Source: Clostridia bacterium
Lineage (GTDB): Bacteria; Bacillota; Dehalobacteriia; UBA7702
Reading direction: 5' to 3'
Assembly (NCBI GenBank): GCA_051866595.1
Contig: JBJDXI010000061.1
Coordinates: forward strand, 1-54,963
Length of the DNA stretch: 54,963 nt
The stretch's first letter is position 1. Each line of letters starts with the position of its first letter. Both the position numbers and the translations under genes were made by a program. Under the pieces are notes generated by a model that did no database searches, had not been told where the DNA came from, and saw only the letters and a list, made by a program, of their open reading frames with translations. This document shows positions 33,450 to 44,097 of this stretch, in pieces.

Positions 33450-36185
33450 TTATTTATCCTCCTTTCTCTGTTTGCGAAAGTTGAAGGTTACTTTGTAGCG
33501 GATAAAGAAATCCGCGGCGAGAATCGTAAAGAGAATGATCCCTTCCAGAATATCCGAGGCTGAAGAAGAAATGGTAAAGGTACTTTCACAGACCGCGGCC
33601 CCTTTCTGAAGAATCGCCAGAAGGAAGGAAACAATCAAAATACCGAAAGCGTTAAGCTTCGCGAGCCAGGCCACAATAATCCCGGTAAAGCCCACGTTGG
33701 CGGCGATGCCGTCACTGAGCATATGCCCGGTGGCGGAGCCTGTAACCTGAAGCATCCCGGCCACACCGATGGTGGCAGCGGAAAGGAACATCGTTCTCAG
33801 AACGACACGGTTCACATTCATCCCGGCGTAACGCGCCGTATTTTTGCTGTCCCCAACAACGCTGATTTCATAGCCTTGTTTGGAACGGGTGAAATAAATC
33901 CAGGTGAAAACAACGAGAAGCAGGAGAATAATCAGGGAAATATCAATCTGCACACCGGCAATGTTCAGCTGAGGCTGCCAGGCGCCTTCGGGGAGGGTAC
34001 GGAAATCCGGGCGCAGTACCGCGCCGGTATCGCTGAGGCGCCGGAAGAACATCGTGTTTTTCAGATACGTCAGAAAATAGAAGGCGATGTAGTTCAGCAT
34101 CAGCGTCATCAGCGTTTCATTGGTATTGAATTTTACTTTAAGTACCGCGGGGATCAGGCCGAAAAGGCCGCCGGCCAAGGCGCCGGCCAGAAAAGCCAGG
34201 GGCAGAACGACAATGGCGGGAAGGGTATCCCCCAGGGCCAGCCCCACCGTGGCGGCGCCGATGGCACCCATGATGAACTGACCGTTACCGCCGATGTTCC
34301 AAAACCGCATTTTAAAGGCAAAGGCAATACCGATAGCGGTGATGGCCAGCGGAATCAGAATACGGATAAAACCTCTCAAATAAATGGCGTTTTCAAAACA
34401 GCCCACCACCATGGTGCCGTAATAAGAGAAGGGATTGACACCCATAAAAGCCACAAGGATGCCCCCCAGCACCAGGGAAATGGCAATGGCCGCCATATAG
34501 TAAAGGAAGCTCTGTTTTTTCGTCAGTGTATCCCGTTTGGACAGATGAATCGGCGGTTCATGAACCGTTTTCTTTTTCTTCGGCTCAGCTTTCTGCTTTT
34601 TCCGTTCATCAAAGTCCACCTTGATGTCCACATGATCGAGGGCTTCGTATTCCTCCTCATCCTCGCTTTTTTCCGACAGCGCGTCGGTCATCAGCAAGCC
34701 GAGATAGGCTTTGTCCACCTCTTTGGCGTCGACAATGCCGGTGACTTTCCCGTGGCAGAGCACCATGATCTTATCGCAGAGCTCCAGCATCACATCGAGG
34801 TCTTCCCCGACAAAGAGGATACCGACACCGCGTTTTTTCTGTTCGTTCAACGTATCGTAAATCACATAAGAGGAGTTGATATCGAGACCGCGGACGGGAT
34901 ACGCCGTAATAATCACCGTGGGATCGGCATCGATTTCACGGCCGAGGAGAACTTTCTGCACATTCCCGCCGGAAAGCTGGCGCACCGGCGTTTCCGTTCC
35001 AGGGGTAACAACTTCCAGATCGTGAATAACCTTTTCCGCCGTTTCTCTGGCTTTTTTACGATCCACCAGAGGCCCCTTGGCGTTGTTGTAATTTTTGAGC
35101 ATCATATTATCGGTAATGCTCAGGGAAGCGGCAAGGCCCATCCCCAGACGGTCTTCGGGAATAAAGCTCATGCTGATGCCGCGCTTGATGATTTCCTGAG
35201 GCGAATTGCCTTCAATATGCTCGCCTTTATATAAAATCGACCCGGATTCAATGGGAACCAGTCCGGCCAGAGCCTCACAGAGCTCTTTCTGACCGCAGCC
35301 GGAAACACCGGCCACACCGAGGATTTCCCCTTTGCGGATGGCAAAGGAAATATCATCGATGGCCTTGGCTCCTTCCTCATTGAGGATGGAAAGATGTTCC
35401 ACTTCCATCAGGGTTTCGTTGAATTCACATTCAGGACGGTCGATGGACAGCTCCACCGTGCGGCCCACCATCATATTGGTAAGTTCCGCCGCGTTGGTTT
35501 CCGAAGTTTCCACCGTACCGATGGATTTCCCTTTTCTTAAAATCGTCACCCTGTCGCTGAGTTCCAAAACCTCATTGAGTTTATGGGTAATGATAATAAT
35601 GGAATAGCCGGCGCGACTCATTTTCCGCAGAATGGCAAAGAGCTTCTGGGTTTCCTGATGGGTCAGAACCGCCGTGGGTTCATCGAGAATCAGGATGCCC
35701 GCGCCGTAATAAAGCACTTTTAAAATTTCAATAGTCTGTTTTTCCGAAACGGACATATCGGAAACGTATTTTTCCGGATGGATTTCAAAACCGAAATCAT
35801 CTCCGATACGGCGGATCTTTTCAAACCGTTCTTTTTTGAGGAAGAAATCCTTATCCTCCTCATTGCCGATCCAGATATTATCGGCGGCGGTAAAGTTTTC
35901 CACCAGTTTAAAATGCTGATGAACCATGCCGATGCCGAGGTTTTTGGAATCCTCCGGCGAATTAATGGAGACCAGTTCACCGTTGACATAAATTTCACCG
36001 CTGTCCGGTTTGTAGATCCCGGAGAGCATATTCATCAGTGTCGTTTTTCCGGAACCGTTTTCCCCCAATAATGCCAAAATCTCCCCTTTGCGCAAAGAGA
36101 GATCAATATGGTCATTGGCGACAACCGACCCGAAACATTTCGTAATACCTTGCAGTGATATTGCAATCGTATCTTTTTCAGCCAT
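33450..36185 (-). CDS. Fused ABC transporter protein: tandem ATP-binding cassettes plus permease domain
   Basis: First Walker A is GENGSGKTT and the first signature is SVSEKQ. The second cassette has GVSGCGQKE and LSGGNVQK. A charged linker (EKSEDEEEYEALDHVDIKVDFDERKKQKAEPKKKK) follows, and then about 350 aa of permease. The start at 36185 gives MAEKDTIAISLQG. Confidence 0.85.
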   Translation of the reverse strand: MAEKDTIAISLQGITKCFGSVVANDHIDLSLRKGEILALLGENGSGKTTLMNMLSGIYKPDSGEIYVNGELVSINSPEDSKNLGIGMVHQHFKLVENFTAADNIWIGNEEDKDFFLKKERFEKIRRIGDDFGFEIHPEKYVSDMSVSEKQTIEILKVLYYGAGILILDEPTAVLTHQETQKLFAILRKMSRAGYSIIIITHKLNEVLELSDRVTILRKGKSIGTVETSETNAAELTNMMVGRTVELSIDRPECEFNETLMEVEHLSILNEEGAKAIDDISFAIRKGEILGVAGVSGCGQKELCEALAGLVPIESGSILYKGEHIEGNSPQEIIKRGISMSFIPEDRLGMGLAASLSITDNMMLKNYNNAKGPLVDRKKARETAEKVIHDLEVVTPGTETPVRQLSGGNVQKVLLGREIDADPTVIITAYPVRGLDINSSYVIYDTLNEQKKRGVGILFVGEDLDVMLELCDKIMVLCHGKVTGIVDAKEVDKAYLGLLMTDALSEKSEDEEEYEALDHVDIKVDFDERKKQKAEPKKKKTVHEPPIHLSKRDTLTKKQSFLYYMAAIAISLVLGGILVAFMGVNPFSYYGTMVVGCFENAIYLRGFIRILIPLAITAIGIAFAFKMRFWNIGGNGQFIMGAIGAATVGLALGDTLPAIVVLPLAFLAGALAGGLFGLIPAVLKVKFNTNETLMTLMLNYIAFYFLTYLKNTMFFRRLSDTGAVLRPDFRTLPEGAWQPQLNIAGVQIDISLIILLLLVVFTWIYFTRSKQGYEISVVGDSKNTARYAGMNVNRVVLRTMFLSAATIGVAGMLQVTGSATGHMLSDGIAANVGFTGIIVAWLAKLNAFGILIVSFLLAILQKGAAVCESTFTISSSASDILEGIILFTILAADFFIRYKVTFNFRKQRKEDK

Positions 36186-36370
36186 GGTTTTACCTTTCCC
36201 AAACAGCGATTGATTAACAACAGAAAGAGGCCGCAATGAAAGAAAATGCATTTTTTGGCAGACGTTTTTCACATTTGTCCAAAAATGCAGCCTTAATTGA
36301 CAACCTCCGGTAAGCATAAACAAAAGAAGCGAAGGAGTGCCCGAAGGCACTCCTCCGTTCCGTCAATTCA

Positions 36371-37564
36371 TTATTTCAGTTCCACGCCTTTTACAAAGTA
36401 GTTCATGGAGCCTTTGATCACGTCGTCACCAACGGATTCGCCGCCGGCTTTTACGATCACATTGCCTTCGCTGTCCACGAGGTCCGCGTCGGTAAGAACG
36501 AGTTCACCGTTTTCATCGAAGGAAACTTTCACGCCGGTGAATACATCCCAGGAGCCGTCAATGATGATTTCTCTGACAGCGTCGATTTTTTCCTGAGTGC
36601 CTTCGGCGCAGTTATCGGTGAGAGGAGCGACATCGACAAAACCTTCTTTGAGGCCGCCGTAGTAGTTGCCCATTTCAGCCCAGGTGCCGTCGATCACAGC
36701 CTGTACGGCGGTGGTGTAATATACATTCCAGTTCCATACGGCGGAGGTCAGGTTCGCTTTGGGAGCGTCAGCGGACATATCGGAGTTGTAACCGATGCTG
36801 TAAACACCGGCTTTTTCAGCGGCGAGCTGAGGATTGGCGGTATCGCAGTGCTGAGCGATGACATCGCAGCCGGCTTCAATTAAAGCTTCAGCATAAGCGG
36901 TTTCATTGGCAGGGTCAAACCAGGAGTTCAAGGATTTCACATAGACAACAGCGTCGGGATTGACGGACTGTACGCCGAGAGCAAAAGCGTTGATCCCGGA
37001 GCATGTTTCGGCCAATTCGGTGCCGTAAGCGGCAACGTAACCGATTTTATTGGTTTCGGTTTTCAGGCCGGCAGCGATACCGGAGAGGTAACGGGCCTGA
37101 TAGATGCGGCCGAAATAGTTGTTGAAGTTCACATCGTTGGACATATAGCCGGTTGCGTGGGAGAAGTAAATATCGGGATATTCTTCTGCCAATTCGGAAG
37201 TGGTTTCCATATAACCGTAGCTGGTGGTGAAGATGACGTTGCAGTCCTGAGCGATGCAATCTTCAATGGCGGTGCGGATCGCGTTGGAATCGGAGTCGCT
37301 GATGTTCAGAACACGGAAGATCTGATCATCGGAGAGACCGAGTTCTTCCTGCATACCGACGATGCCTTGGTCATGCATGTAGGAATAGCCGGTACCATCG
37401 GCGGGATCACCGATATGCACAACACCGACTTTAATTTCTTCTACAGGAATACCGGCAGCGGCGGTATCGTCTGTAGCGGCTTCTTCATTGCTGCCGCAGG
37501 CCGCAAAAGCAAATACGACCATCAGAGCAAGAAGGACAACGAGAAGTGCTTTTGTCTTTTTCAT
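36371..37564 (-). CDS. BMP-family (PnrA/Med-like) ABC substrate-binding lipoprotein
   Basis: Lipoprotein signal with a lipobox (VFAFAACGS). BMP-like sequence runs the full length. Confidence 0.9.
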   Translation of the reverse strand: MKKTKALLVVLLALMVVFAFAACGSNEEAATDDTAAAGIPVEEIKVGVVHIGDPADGTGYSYMHDQGIVGMQEELGLSDDQIFRVLNISDSDSNAIRTAIEDCIAQDCNVIFTTSYGYMETTSELAEEYPDIYFSHATGYMSNDVNFNNYFGRIYQARYLSGIAAGLKTETNKIGYVAAYGTELAETCSGINAFALGVQSVNPDAVVYVKSLNSWFDPANETAYAEALIEAGCDVIAQHCDTANPQLAAEKAGVYSIGYNSDMSADAPKANLTSAVWNWNVYYTTAVQAVIDGTWAEMGNYYGGLKEGFVDVAPLTDNCAEGTQEKIDAVREIIIDGSWDVFTGVKVSFDENGELVLTDADLVDSEGNVIVKAGGESVGDDVIKGSMNYFVKGVELK

Positions 37565-37624
37565 TTTTTCCTCCAGAAAAAGTTTTTAATATTTATAAGG
37601 CTATGTTGCCCTATACACATATCA

Positions 37625-38206
37625 TCATTCTTCACGGAAACAGATCTCACCGGTAAGGGCGTCCATGCCGTCGACAATGGCCATGGATTCCAGATGAACA
37701 CCGTCTTCCCGGAGTTTTTTGCCGCCGTCCTGAAAACCCTTTTCAATGGCGATGGCCACACCGGCCAGTTTTGCCCCGGCCTGTTCCACAATGGCCATCA
37801 ACCCCCGGACGGCGTTGCCGTTGGCGAGAAAATCATCCACAATCAGTACGACATCCTCATCGTTCAGGTAATCTTTTGAAATACGGATGTCATAAACACA
37901 ACCGTGGGTAAAAGATTCCACGGGAGCGGAATAAACCGAAGCCCCGAGATTTTTCGTCTGGGATTTTTTCGCGAAGATCATCGGGCAGTCCAAAGCCTGG
38001 GCCACGGGAAACGCGATGGCGATACCGCTGGCTTCCACCGTCAGAACTTTGGTGACGCCGTCCGAAGAAAAACGCCGGGCAATCTCCTTTCCCAGAGAGG
38101 ACATAAAGGCAACATCAATCTGGTGATTCAAAAAGCTGTCCACTTTGAGAATATTGCCGGCGAACACTTTACCGTCTTTCTTGATTTTTTCCTGAAGCAA
38201 CTCCAC
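37625..38206 (-). CDS. xpt: Xanthine phosphoribosyltransferase
   Basis: N-terminus ELLQEKIKKDGKVFAGNILKVDSFLNHQID. PRPP-binding motif VVLIVDDFLANGNA. The GTG at 38206 lies 5 nt after GAGGTG. The ATGs at 38224 and 38236 are alternative starts. Confidence 0.9.
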   Translation of the reverse strand: MELLQEKIKKDGKVFAGNILKVDSFLNHQIDVAFMSSLGKEIARRFSSDGVTKVLTVEASGIAIAFPVAQALDCPMIFAKKSQTKNLGASVYSAPVESFTHGCVYDIRISKDYLNDEDVVLIVDDFLANGNAVRGLMAIVEQAGAKLAGVAIAIEKGFQDGGKKLREDGVHLESMAIVDGMDALTGEICFREE

Positions 38207-38446
38207 GATCGCACCTCGAAACATAAAAAGATACAATTATTTTACTATGTCCACCCGCAAAATTCAATAGCAATTCCCCAAAATCTACAAAATTTTTATA
38301 CCAGAATAAGGGATTTCAATAAAATTTCGTAAAACCGCCGTTCTGTAAAATCCCAGCAACAAAGGGATCGAAAAAAAGAAAGACGCCCTTTGGCTCTCCC
38401 CGCGGCCGCCGGACGACGCAGCAAACGGGAAGACCACGAGAAAAGA

Positions 38447-38477
38447 CGGAAGGCCGGCGTTTTCCGCCGGCCTTCCG
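38447..38477 (-). terminator. Terminator of the manA-like gene
   Basis: 12-13 bp GC-rich stem GGAAGGCCGGCG ttttc CGCCGGCCTTCC, with T-rich sequence after it on the minus strand. Confidence 0.8.
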
Positions 38478-38501
38478 ACCCGTTAAAAAATACGGTTTCC
38501 T

Positions 38502-39359
38502 TCAAAAAAGTTCCTTCAGACACAGAATGTAGCCATGGCCCTCCCAGAGGGAGCGCGCCCCTTCCCCGGCAAAGAAACAGTCTCCGGCGGAAAAAGGTTC
38601 ACCGTTGCAAAAGCCGGAACCGTCGAGTATCAGATAAGCGCCGGGTTCCCTTTCTTTCCGACAGAAACCGCCCCGGAAAGCGATGGGTTCCGGATCAAAG
38701 GAAACGCCGCTTCCCGCCGGAAACAGCGGACACGGACCGAGAACGCCCCGAACAAGCTCTTTTTCTGAAAAATTCATAACGGAAAAGGCCTCTTCCCTGC
38801 GAAGTTCACGGCCCCGGCCGTAATCCTCCAGACGAAAAGTCACATCACAGTTATGCTGAATCTCATAAAAAGCGACGCCTCCGGCGCCGTGAACAGTGCC
38901 GCCGGGAATGAAAAGAACATCGCCTTCCGACACCGGTACCGGATTCATCAATGAAAGAAGGTTCCCTTCTTCACAGCGGCGTCGGCACAATTTTTCAGAT
39001 ACGCCGGGACGGAATCCGATATACACTTCGGCATCGGCGTAAACGTGATCAATGAGCCAAAGTTCATCTTTGCCTTTTTCCTTTCCGTCTTTCGCGGGAT
39101 GCACCTGCAAGGAAAGAGGTTCCGCCGCGTCGATGGCCTTTACCAGCAGGGAAAGGCGGCGATTCCCATACCCCAGCCGGGAAAGAAAAGCAGAAAAGAG
39201 CGTACCGTCTTCAAGGGTACAGGGCGCCTCCTCCCGGTCGGAAAGAAGATAGGCTTCTCCTGTCTGAAACCCGCCGTAACGCCGGTCCAGCCGTTTCCCC
39301 GCCCAGATCTTTTCTTTTAAATAGGGCGTTAATTTCCACACGCCGCCGTATTCATTCAC
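38502..39359 (-). CDS. manA: Class I mannose-6-phosphate isomerase-like protein
   Basis: Motifs KEKIWAGKRL, LSLQVHP, ELWL and IPGGTVHGAGG. The GTG at 39359 lies 7 nt after GGGAGG. The track start at 39452 would add about 30 atypical residues. Confidence 0.7.
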   Translation of the reverse strand: MNEYGGVWKLTPYLKEKIWAGKRLDRRYGGFQTGEAYLLSDREEAPCTLEDGTLFSAFLSRLGYGNRRLSLLVKAIDAAEPLSLQVHPAKDGKEKGKDELWLIDHVYADAEVYIGFRPGVSEKLCRRRCEEGNLLSLMNPVPVSEGDVLFIPGGTVHGAGGVAFYEIQHNCDVTFRLEDYGRGRELRREEAFSVMNFSEKELVRGVLGPCPLFPAGSGVSFDPEPIAFRGGFCRKEREPGAYLILDGSGFCNGEPFSAGDCFFAGEGARSLWEGHGYILCLKELF

Positions 39360-39509
39360 AAAACCGCCTCCCGCATCGTTTTTATCCAAATATATGCGGG
39401 AAAACAGAAAAAAATCTGCGCCGTGAATAAGAAAAGGGCTTTTCCCTGCCATCAGAATCCGGCGGCTAACGCTGAAGACGCGATGTCGGGAAACGCCCTC
39501 TTTATTCTC

Positions 39510-41162
39510 TTAATACGGGAAACGCAGCACAAAAACGGTGCCCTCTCCCACTTCACTGCTCATCTCGATGGAGGCGCCGTGATACTGGGCCGCGTGTTTG
39601 ACGATGGAAAGACCCAGACCGGTACCGCCGGTTTCTTTGGAATGGCTCTTATCCACACGGTAAAAACGTTCATAGACACGACTTCGGTGTTCCTCGGGAA
39701 TACCGATACCGGTATCCGCCACTGACAGCACCGCGCAGGTTTTGTCGTTCTTTACCGAAACCGTCACTTTACCACCGTCTTTATTGTAAATCAGCGCGTT
39801 GTCACAAAGGTTGTAAATAATCTCGCTGAGCAGACGGCGCACGCCGCGAATCACCGTGGATTCACCTTCCAATTCCAGGGAAATGCTCCTCGTTTCCGCT
39901 TTGGATTTCAGGGTTTTGAGGGTTTCTTCGGCCAAAGCGTAAAGATCCACATCCTCCGCCGGCAGTTCTCCGCCTTCATCCAGCTGGGAAAGACGGATAA
40001 TATCGTCAATCAGCACCATGAGCCGCTCGGCTTCGGAACGGATATGGCCGATAAAACGGGGCATATCCTCTTTTTTCACCAGATTGTTTTCCATCAGCTC
40101 CGCGCTGCCCATAATGGCTTGAAGGGGTGATTTCAGCTCATGGGAAACATTGGCGGTAAATTCCCGTCGCTGCTGTTCCGCGTTGCTTTCTTCCGTCACA
40201 TCAAAAGCCAGAAGTACCGCGCCGCTGATCTCACCCTCCCGGAAGATGGTATTCGTCTTGATCTGATATTTCCCACCGTTCCGCTCCAGAAGTACTTCGC
40301 CGTGGTGACCGTTGAGCGCCGATTTCACCACATTCTGCAAAGCCAGAGATCGATCCACCAGCAGAAAATCTTTACCGACACATTGACTGCCGGTGTCAAA
40401 GAGTTCCTTGGCCGCCCGGTTGATGCTCAGCACCTCCCCTTTGACATTCAGGAGAACAAGCCCTTCGCTCATCCGGTCGGTGACCATGGTAAATTCATCC
40501 TGTTTCCGTTCCAGTTCTTTTTTCTGGAAATCAATCTGGCGGTGCTGACGCTCCATCCGGGTCAACAGTGGCGAAAGTTCATCGTAAACGTCATTTTCCA
40601 GGGGATGATCCAGATCAATGGTGTTCATCGGTTCCACAATCCGCTTGGCCACGTTATGGGCCAACAGCAGTGAAAGGACGAGACCGATCAAAAAAACGAT
40701 GAGAATCGGCTGGATCATACCGAGAAGCAGGGACAATACCGTATACTGGGTCACGGAGACGCGAAGCACCGTGCCGTCATCCATAGACACGGCCCGGTAA
40801 AGGGTTTTCGTGGAGAGCGTGGTGGAATAGCGTTCGCTTTCCCCCACACCGGCCTGGCGGGCTTCCTTCACTTCCTCACGGGAGCTGTGATTTTCCATTT
40901 CCGCAGGATTCGCCTCACTGTCAAAGAGCACCGTCCCGTCTTTGTCAATCCAGGTGATGCGGTAATCATTGGAATTCACGCTTTCCAGATAATCCATACC
41001 GCCCATCACCACGCCACGGACAGCCAGATCCGTCTGATCCGCCAGCTTGCTCTGCTGAACCGACGAAAAGTAATCGTACATCACCAGCATGATAATGCCC
41101 AGGCAGGAGAGAAACACCACCATGGCGACGATAAATATCGAACGAAATATTTTCTTTGTCAT
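39510..41162 (-). CDS. phoR: Phosphate-regulon sensor histidine kinase (PhoR-like)
   Basis: Two N-terminal TM segments. H-box FTANVSHELKSPL. HATPase G-boxes (DTGIGIP, GGTGLGLSIV). It is the last gene of the pst-phoU operon. Confidence 0.85.
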   Translation of the reverse strand: MTKKIFRSIFIVAMVVFLSCLGIIMLVMYDYFSSVQQSKLADQTDLAVRGVVMGGMDYLESVNSNDYRITWIDKDGTVLFDSEANPAEMENHSSREEVKEARQAGVGESERYSTTLSTKTLYRAVSMDDGTVLRVSVTQYTVLSLLLGMIQPILIVFLIGLVLSLLLAHNVAKRIVEPMNTIDLDHPLENDVYDELSPLLTRMERQHRQIDFQKKELERKQDEFTMVTDRMSEGLVLLNVKGEVLSINRAAKELFDTGSQCVGKDFLLVDRSLALQNVVKSALNGHHGEVLLERNGGKYQIKTNTIFREGEISGAVLLAFDVTEESNAEQQRREFTANVSHELKSPLQAIMGSAELMENNLVKKEDMPRFIGHIRSEAERLMVLIDDIIRLSQLDEGGELPAEDVDLYALAEETLKTLKSKAETRSISLELEGESTVIRGVRRLLSEIIYNLCDNALIYNKDGGKVTVSVKNDKTCAVLSVADTGIGIPEEHRSRVYERFYRVDKSHSKETGGTGLGLSIVKHAAQYHGASIEMSSEVGEGTVFVLRFPY

Positions 41163-41833
41163 CCTTTTTCCTCCAGACGATAACCGACACCCCGCACCGT
41201 TTGGATCATCTCGCCGTCATGTCCCAGTTTCTGGCGGAGGGACCGGATATGCACATCCACAGTACGGGTTTCACCGTCATAGTCCACGCCCCACACATCG
41301 GAAAGCAGGCGATCCCGGGTAAAAACCATCCCCGGACGGGTCAGAAAGAGGCGCAGCATCTCAAATTCCTTCAGCGTCAGCTCCACTCTTTCACCACGGA
41401 CCGTCACGGTATGTTCATCCAGATTCATCACAAAAGCGGCGTAACGCAGAACGTTGACTTCTCTTTTCGGCGCGGAGCGGCGCAGAACCGCTTTGACCCG
41501 GGCCACCATTTCCATCATCCCGAAGGGTTTTACCAGATAATCATCGGCCCCCAGATCCAGGCTGTTGATCTTATCGTATTCCATGCCTTTGGCCGTGGCC
41601 ATAATCACCGGCAGGTTTCTTGTGGCCGGCGTCGCTTTCAGCCGTTTCAGCAGAGAAACACCGTCCTCGCCGGGAAGCATCACATCGAGGATCACCAAAT
41701 CCGGCATTTCATCCGACAGCGCCTCAAAAAAAGCGGCACCGTCGCTGAAACCCCGGGCCTCAAATCCGGTGGAGCACAATGTATAGACCTCAATATCACG
41801 GATGCTCTCATCATCTTCCACACAGTAAATCAA
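41159..41833 (-). CDS. phoP: OmpR-family response regulator (PhoP/PhoB-like)
   Basis: Receiver domain (DLVILDVMLPGEDG) plus a winged-helix output domain (RTVDVHIRSLRQKL ... VRGVGYRL). Its stop overlaps the phoR start. Confidence 0.85.
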   Translation of the reverse strand: MIYCVEDDESIRDIEVYTLCSTGFEARGFSDGAAFFEALSDEMPDLVILDVMLPGEDGVSLLKRLKATPATRNLPVIMATAKGMEYDKINSLDLGADDYLVKPFGMMEMVARVKAVLRRSAPKREVNVLRYAAFVMNLDEHTVTVRGERVELTLKEFEMLRLFLTRPGMVFTRDRLLSDVWGVDYDGETRTVDVHIRSLRQKLGHDGEMIQTVRGVGYRLEEKG

Positions 41834-41834
41834 G

Positions 41835-42485
41835 TTATTCGCCTCCTCTGTGGATGCCGGTAATGGAAAAACTCACCCACTCCGCCAGGTTTTCCGCGTG
41901 ATCGCCGATGCGCTCGAAATACTTGGCCACCATCAGCAGATCCACGGCGTATTCGCCGTCTTCGGGATGGGATACGATCCAATCAATCAGATAACGCTTT
42001 ACTTTATCGAAAAGGTCATCCACCACATCGTCCTCGGCCAGCACACGCTCAACAGATTCCCGATCGCCCTTGACGAAAGCGTCCACGCTGTCGGTGACCA
42101 TGGTAGTGGTGGCTCTGGCCATCTGATAGATATAATCGGTTTCTCCGATGGGGTGTTCCTTTAAATAACCGATCATCTCCGCAATATCCGCGGCCTGATC
42201 ACCGATGCGTTCCATATCGGTAATCATTTTCAGCGCGGCGGAAATCTGACGAAGATCCTTCGCCACCGGCTGCTGCTGAAGCAAAAGACGAAGGCAGCGT
42301 GTTTCAATGCTGCTTTCCATCTGATCGATTTCCCGGTCCAGAGGCGCCACTTTTTCGGCCAGTGTCTCATCTCCGTCCACCAGCGCCCGGGCCACCAGGG
42401 AGATCGCTTCCTCGCAGAGGGATCCCATTTCCAGCAATTCTTTATTCAATGCAGATAATTGTTCATCAAATCGGCTTCTCATCAT
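41835..42485 (-). CDS. phoU: Phosphate signalling complex protein PhoU
   Basis: Two PhoU repeats with ERIGD motifs ([11 protein letters not shown] and [11 protein letters not shown]). Confidence 0.9.
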   Translation of the reverse strand: MMRSRFDEQLSALNKELLEMGSLCEEAISLVARALVDGDETLAEKVAPLDREIDQMESSIETRCLRLLLQQQPVAKDLRQISAALKMITDMERIGDQAADIAEMIGYLKEHPIGETDYIYQMARATTTMVTDSVDAFVKGDRESVERVLAEDDVVDDLFDKVKRYLIDWIVSHPEDGEYAVDLLMVAKYFERIGDHAENLAEWVSFSITGIHRGGE

Positions 42486-43234
42486 CCAAACCTCCCGGTA
42501 ATGTAATCTTCGGTGCGTTTATCTTCGGGCTGAGAGAACAGATGTTCCGTATCGCCGTATTCGATCAGTTCACCCATATAGAAGAACGCGGTCACATCGG
42601 AAATACGCGCCGCCTGCTGCATATTATGGGTAACTATAATGATAGTATAACGGTTTTTCAGATCCATCGCAAGTTCTTCGATCTTCATGGTGGAAATCGG
42701 ATCCAGCGCGCTGGTAGGTTCGTCCATCAGCAAGATTTCCGGTTCCACCGCCAAAGCCCGGGCAATACAGAGACGCTGCTGCTGGCCGCCGGAAAGCCCC
42801 AGAGCCGATTTTTTCAGCCGATCTTTCACTTCATCCCAGATGGCGGCATTTTTCAGCGAGGTTTCCACAATCTCATCGAGCTTCGCTTTATTCTTGACGC
42901 CATGGGTCCGGGGACCGTAAGCCACATTATCATAGATGCTCATGGGAAAGGGATTCGGTTTCTGAAAAACCATCCCAATATCCCGGCGAAGTTCATTGAC
43001 ATCAATACCCGAGGCAAAAATATCCGTATCGCGGTAGAGCACTTCCCCTTTGATTTTTACCGAGGGCACCAGATCATTCATGCGGTTCAATGTTTTCAGA
43101 AAAGTGGATTTCCCGCAGCCCGAGGGGCCGATCAGCGCGGTGATGCTTTTTTCGGGAATTTCAATGTTAATATCTTTCAAGGCATGGTTCATGCCATACC
43201 ATAAATTCAACTGATTCGCGGTAATAATATTCAT
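42482..43234 (-). CDS. pstB: Phosphate ABC transporter ATP-binding protein PstB
   Basis: Walker [13 protein letters not shown] signature LSGGQQQRL and Walker [13 protein letters not shown]. Confidence 0.95.
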   Translation of the reverse strand: MNIITANQLNLWYGMNHALKDINIEIPEKSITALIGPSGCGKSTFLKTLNRMNDLVPSVKIKGEVLYRDTDIFASGIDVNELRRDIGMVFQKPNPFPMSIYDNVAYGPRTHGVKNKAKLDEIVETSLKNAAIWDEVKDRLKKSALGLSGGQQQRLCIARALAVEPEILLMDEPTSALDPISTMKIEELAMDLKNRYTIIIVTHNMQQAARISDVTAFFYMGELIEYGDTEHLFSQPEDKRTEDYITGRFG

Positions 43235-44097
43235 AAATTCTTCCTCCGTTTAAAGTACTTACCGACAAGCAAAGCCGCGACATTGATGAGCATCGTCAGC
43301 ACCATCAGAATGGCGGCGATGGCGAAAGCCACACCGAATTCCCCCTGCTCCTTAGCGTAGACATAGAGGGCAACGGTGAGGGTCGCGCCGGCACTGTTGA
43401 GACCGGAGACAAAACCGTTCAGCGTGTGGGCAAATCCGGCGGTAAAGAGAAGCGCCGCCGATTCCCCGAGAATACGTCCCACCGAAAGGATGCAGCCGGT
43501 GATGATGCCGTCAACGGAACCGGGAAGAACCACGGTGCGGACCACTCTCCATTTGCCCGCACCCAGCCCAAAGGCGCCTTCCCGGTAACTTTGCGGCACG
43601 GTTTTCAGACTTTCCTGGGTCGTCCGGATCACCGTGGGCAGATTCATGATAACCAGCGTCAGCGCGCCGGCCAGAAGCGAAGTCTGCAATCCCATGAACT
43701 GGCAGAAAAAGAGCATACCCACGAGACCGTAGATAATCGAGGGAATTCCCGAAAGGGTCTCCGCCGCGTACTCAATTACCGCCACAAGACGGGGATGAGA
43801 AGCATATTCCGTGAGATAAATCGCGGCGCCGACGCCGAGAGGAAGAACAAACACAAGGGCCGCGATGACAATATAAAAGGTATTTAAAATATCCGGCAGG
43901 ATCCCGATGTTTCCCGACAGATAACTGGGTTCTGTGGAAAGCAGTTTCCATGTGATATGGGGAATCCCTTTGACCAGGACATATACTATCAGAAAGATCA
44001 CAAGACCGCAGGTAAGAGCGGTCGCCAGTCCCATGAGTCCCCTCATCAGGACGGCATAGGCTTTTCTTTTTTTGGAAAATGTTTTTTCAATCATCAT
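43231..44097 (-). CDS. pstA: Phosphate ABC transporter permease PstA
   Basis: Polytopic permease with an EAA-like loop ([22 protein letters not shown]). It overlaps both neighbouring genes by 4 nt. Confidence 0.9.
   Translation of the reverse strand: MMIEKTFSKKRKAYAVLMRGLMGLATALTCGLVIFLIVYVLVKGIPHITWKLLSTEPSYLSGNIGILPDILNTFYIVIAALVFVLPLGVGAAIYLTEYASHPRLVAVIEYAAETLSGIPSIIYGLVGMLFFCQFMGLQTSLLAGALTLVIMNLPTVIRTTQESLKTVPQSYREGAFGLGAGKWRVVRTVVLPGSVDGIITGCILSVGRILGESAALLFTAGFAHTLNGFVSGLNSAGATLTVALYVYAKEQGEFGVAFAIAAILMVLTMLINVAALLVGKYFKRRKNL

Noticed and set aside
36186-36350. N-terminal extensions proposed by the ORF track: the ABC fusion to 36350, the S8 protease to 32313, the AAA+ gene to 17245, the XRE gene to 49140, the TM1266-like gene to 12677 and the MFS gene to 50441.
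   Set aside because: In each case an internal start codon has a good Shine-Dalgarno sequence and yields the family-typical N-terminus or signal peptide. The extensions overlap promoters, terminators or the preceding gene.
38207-38440. A possible purine (guanine/xanthine) riboswitch upstream of xpt, as in the Bacillus xpt-pbuX operon.
   Set aside because: I read the minus-strand leader and found none of the conserved purine-riboswitch junction or loop sequences (UAUAAU...GAUAUGG...GUUUCUACC...CCGUAAAU...GACUAUG). The leader after the putative extended -10 is only about 85 nt and AU-rich, with no three-way junction.
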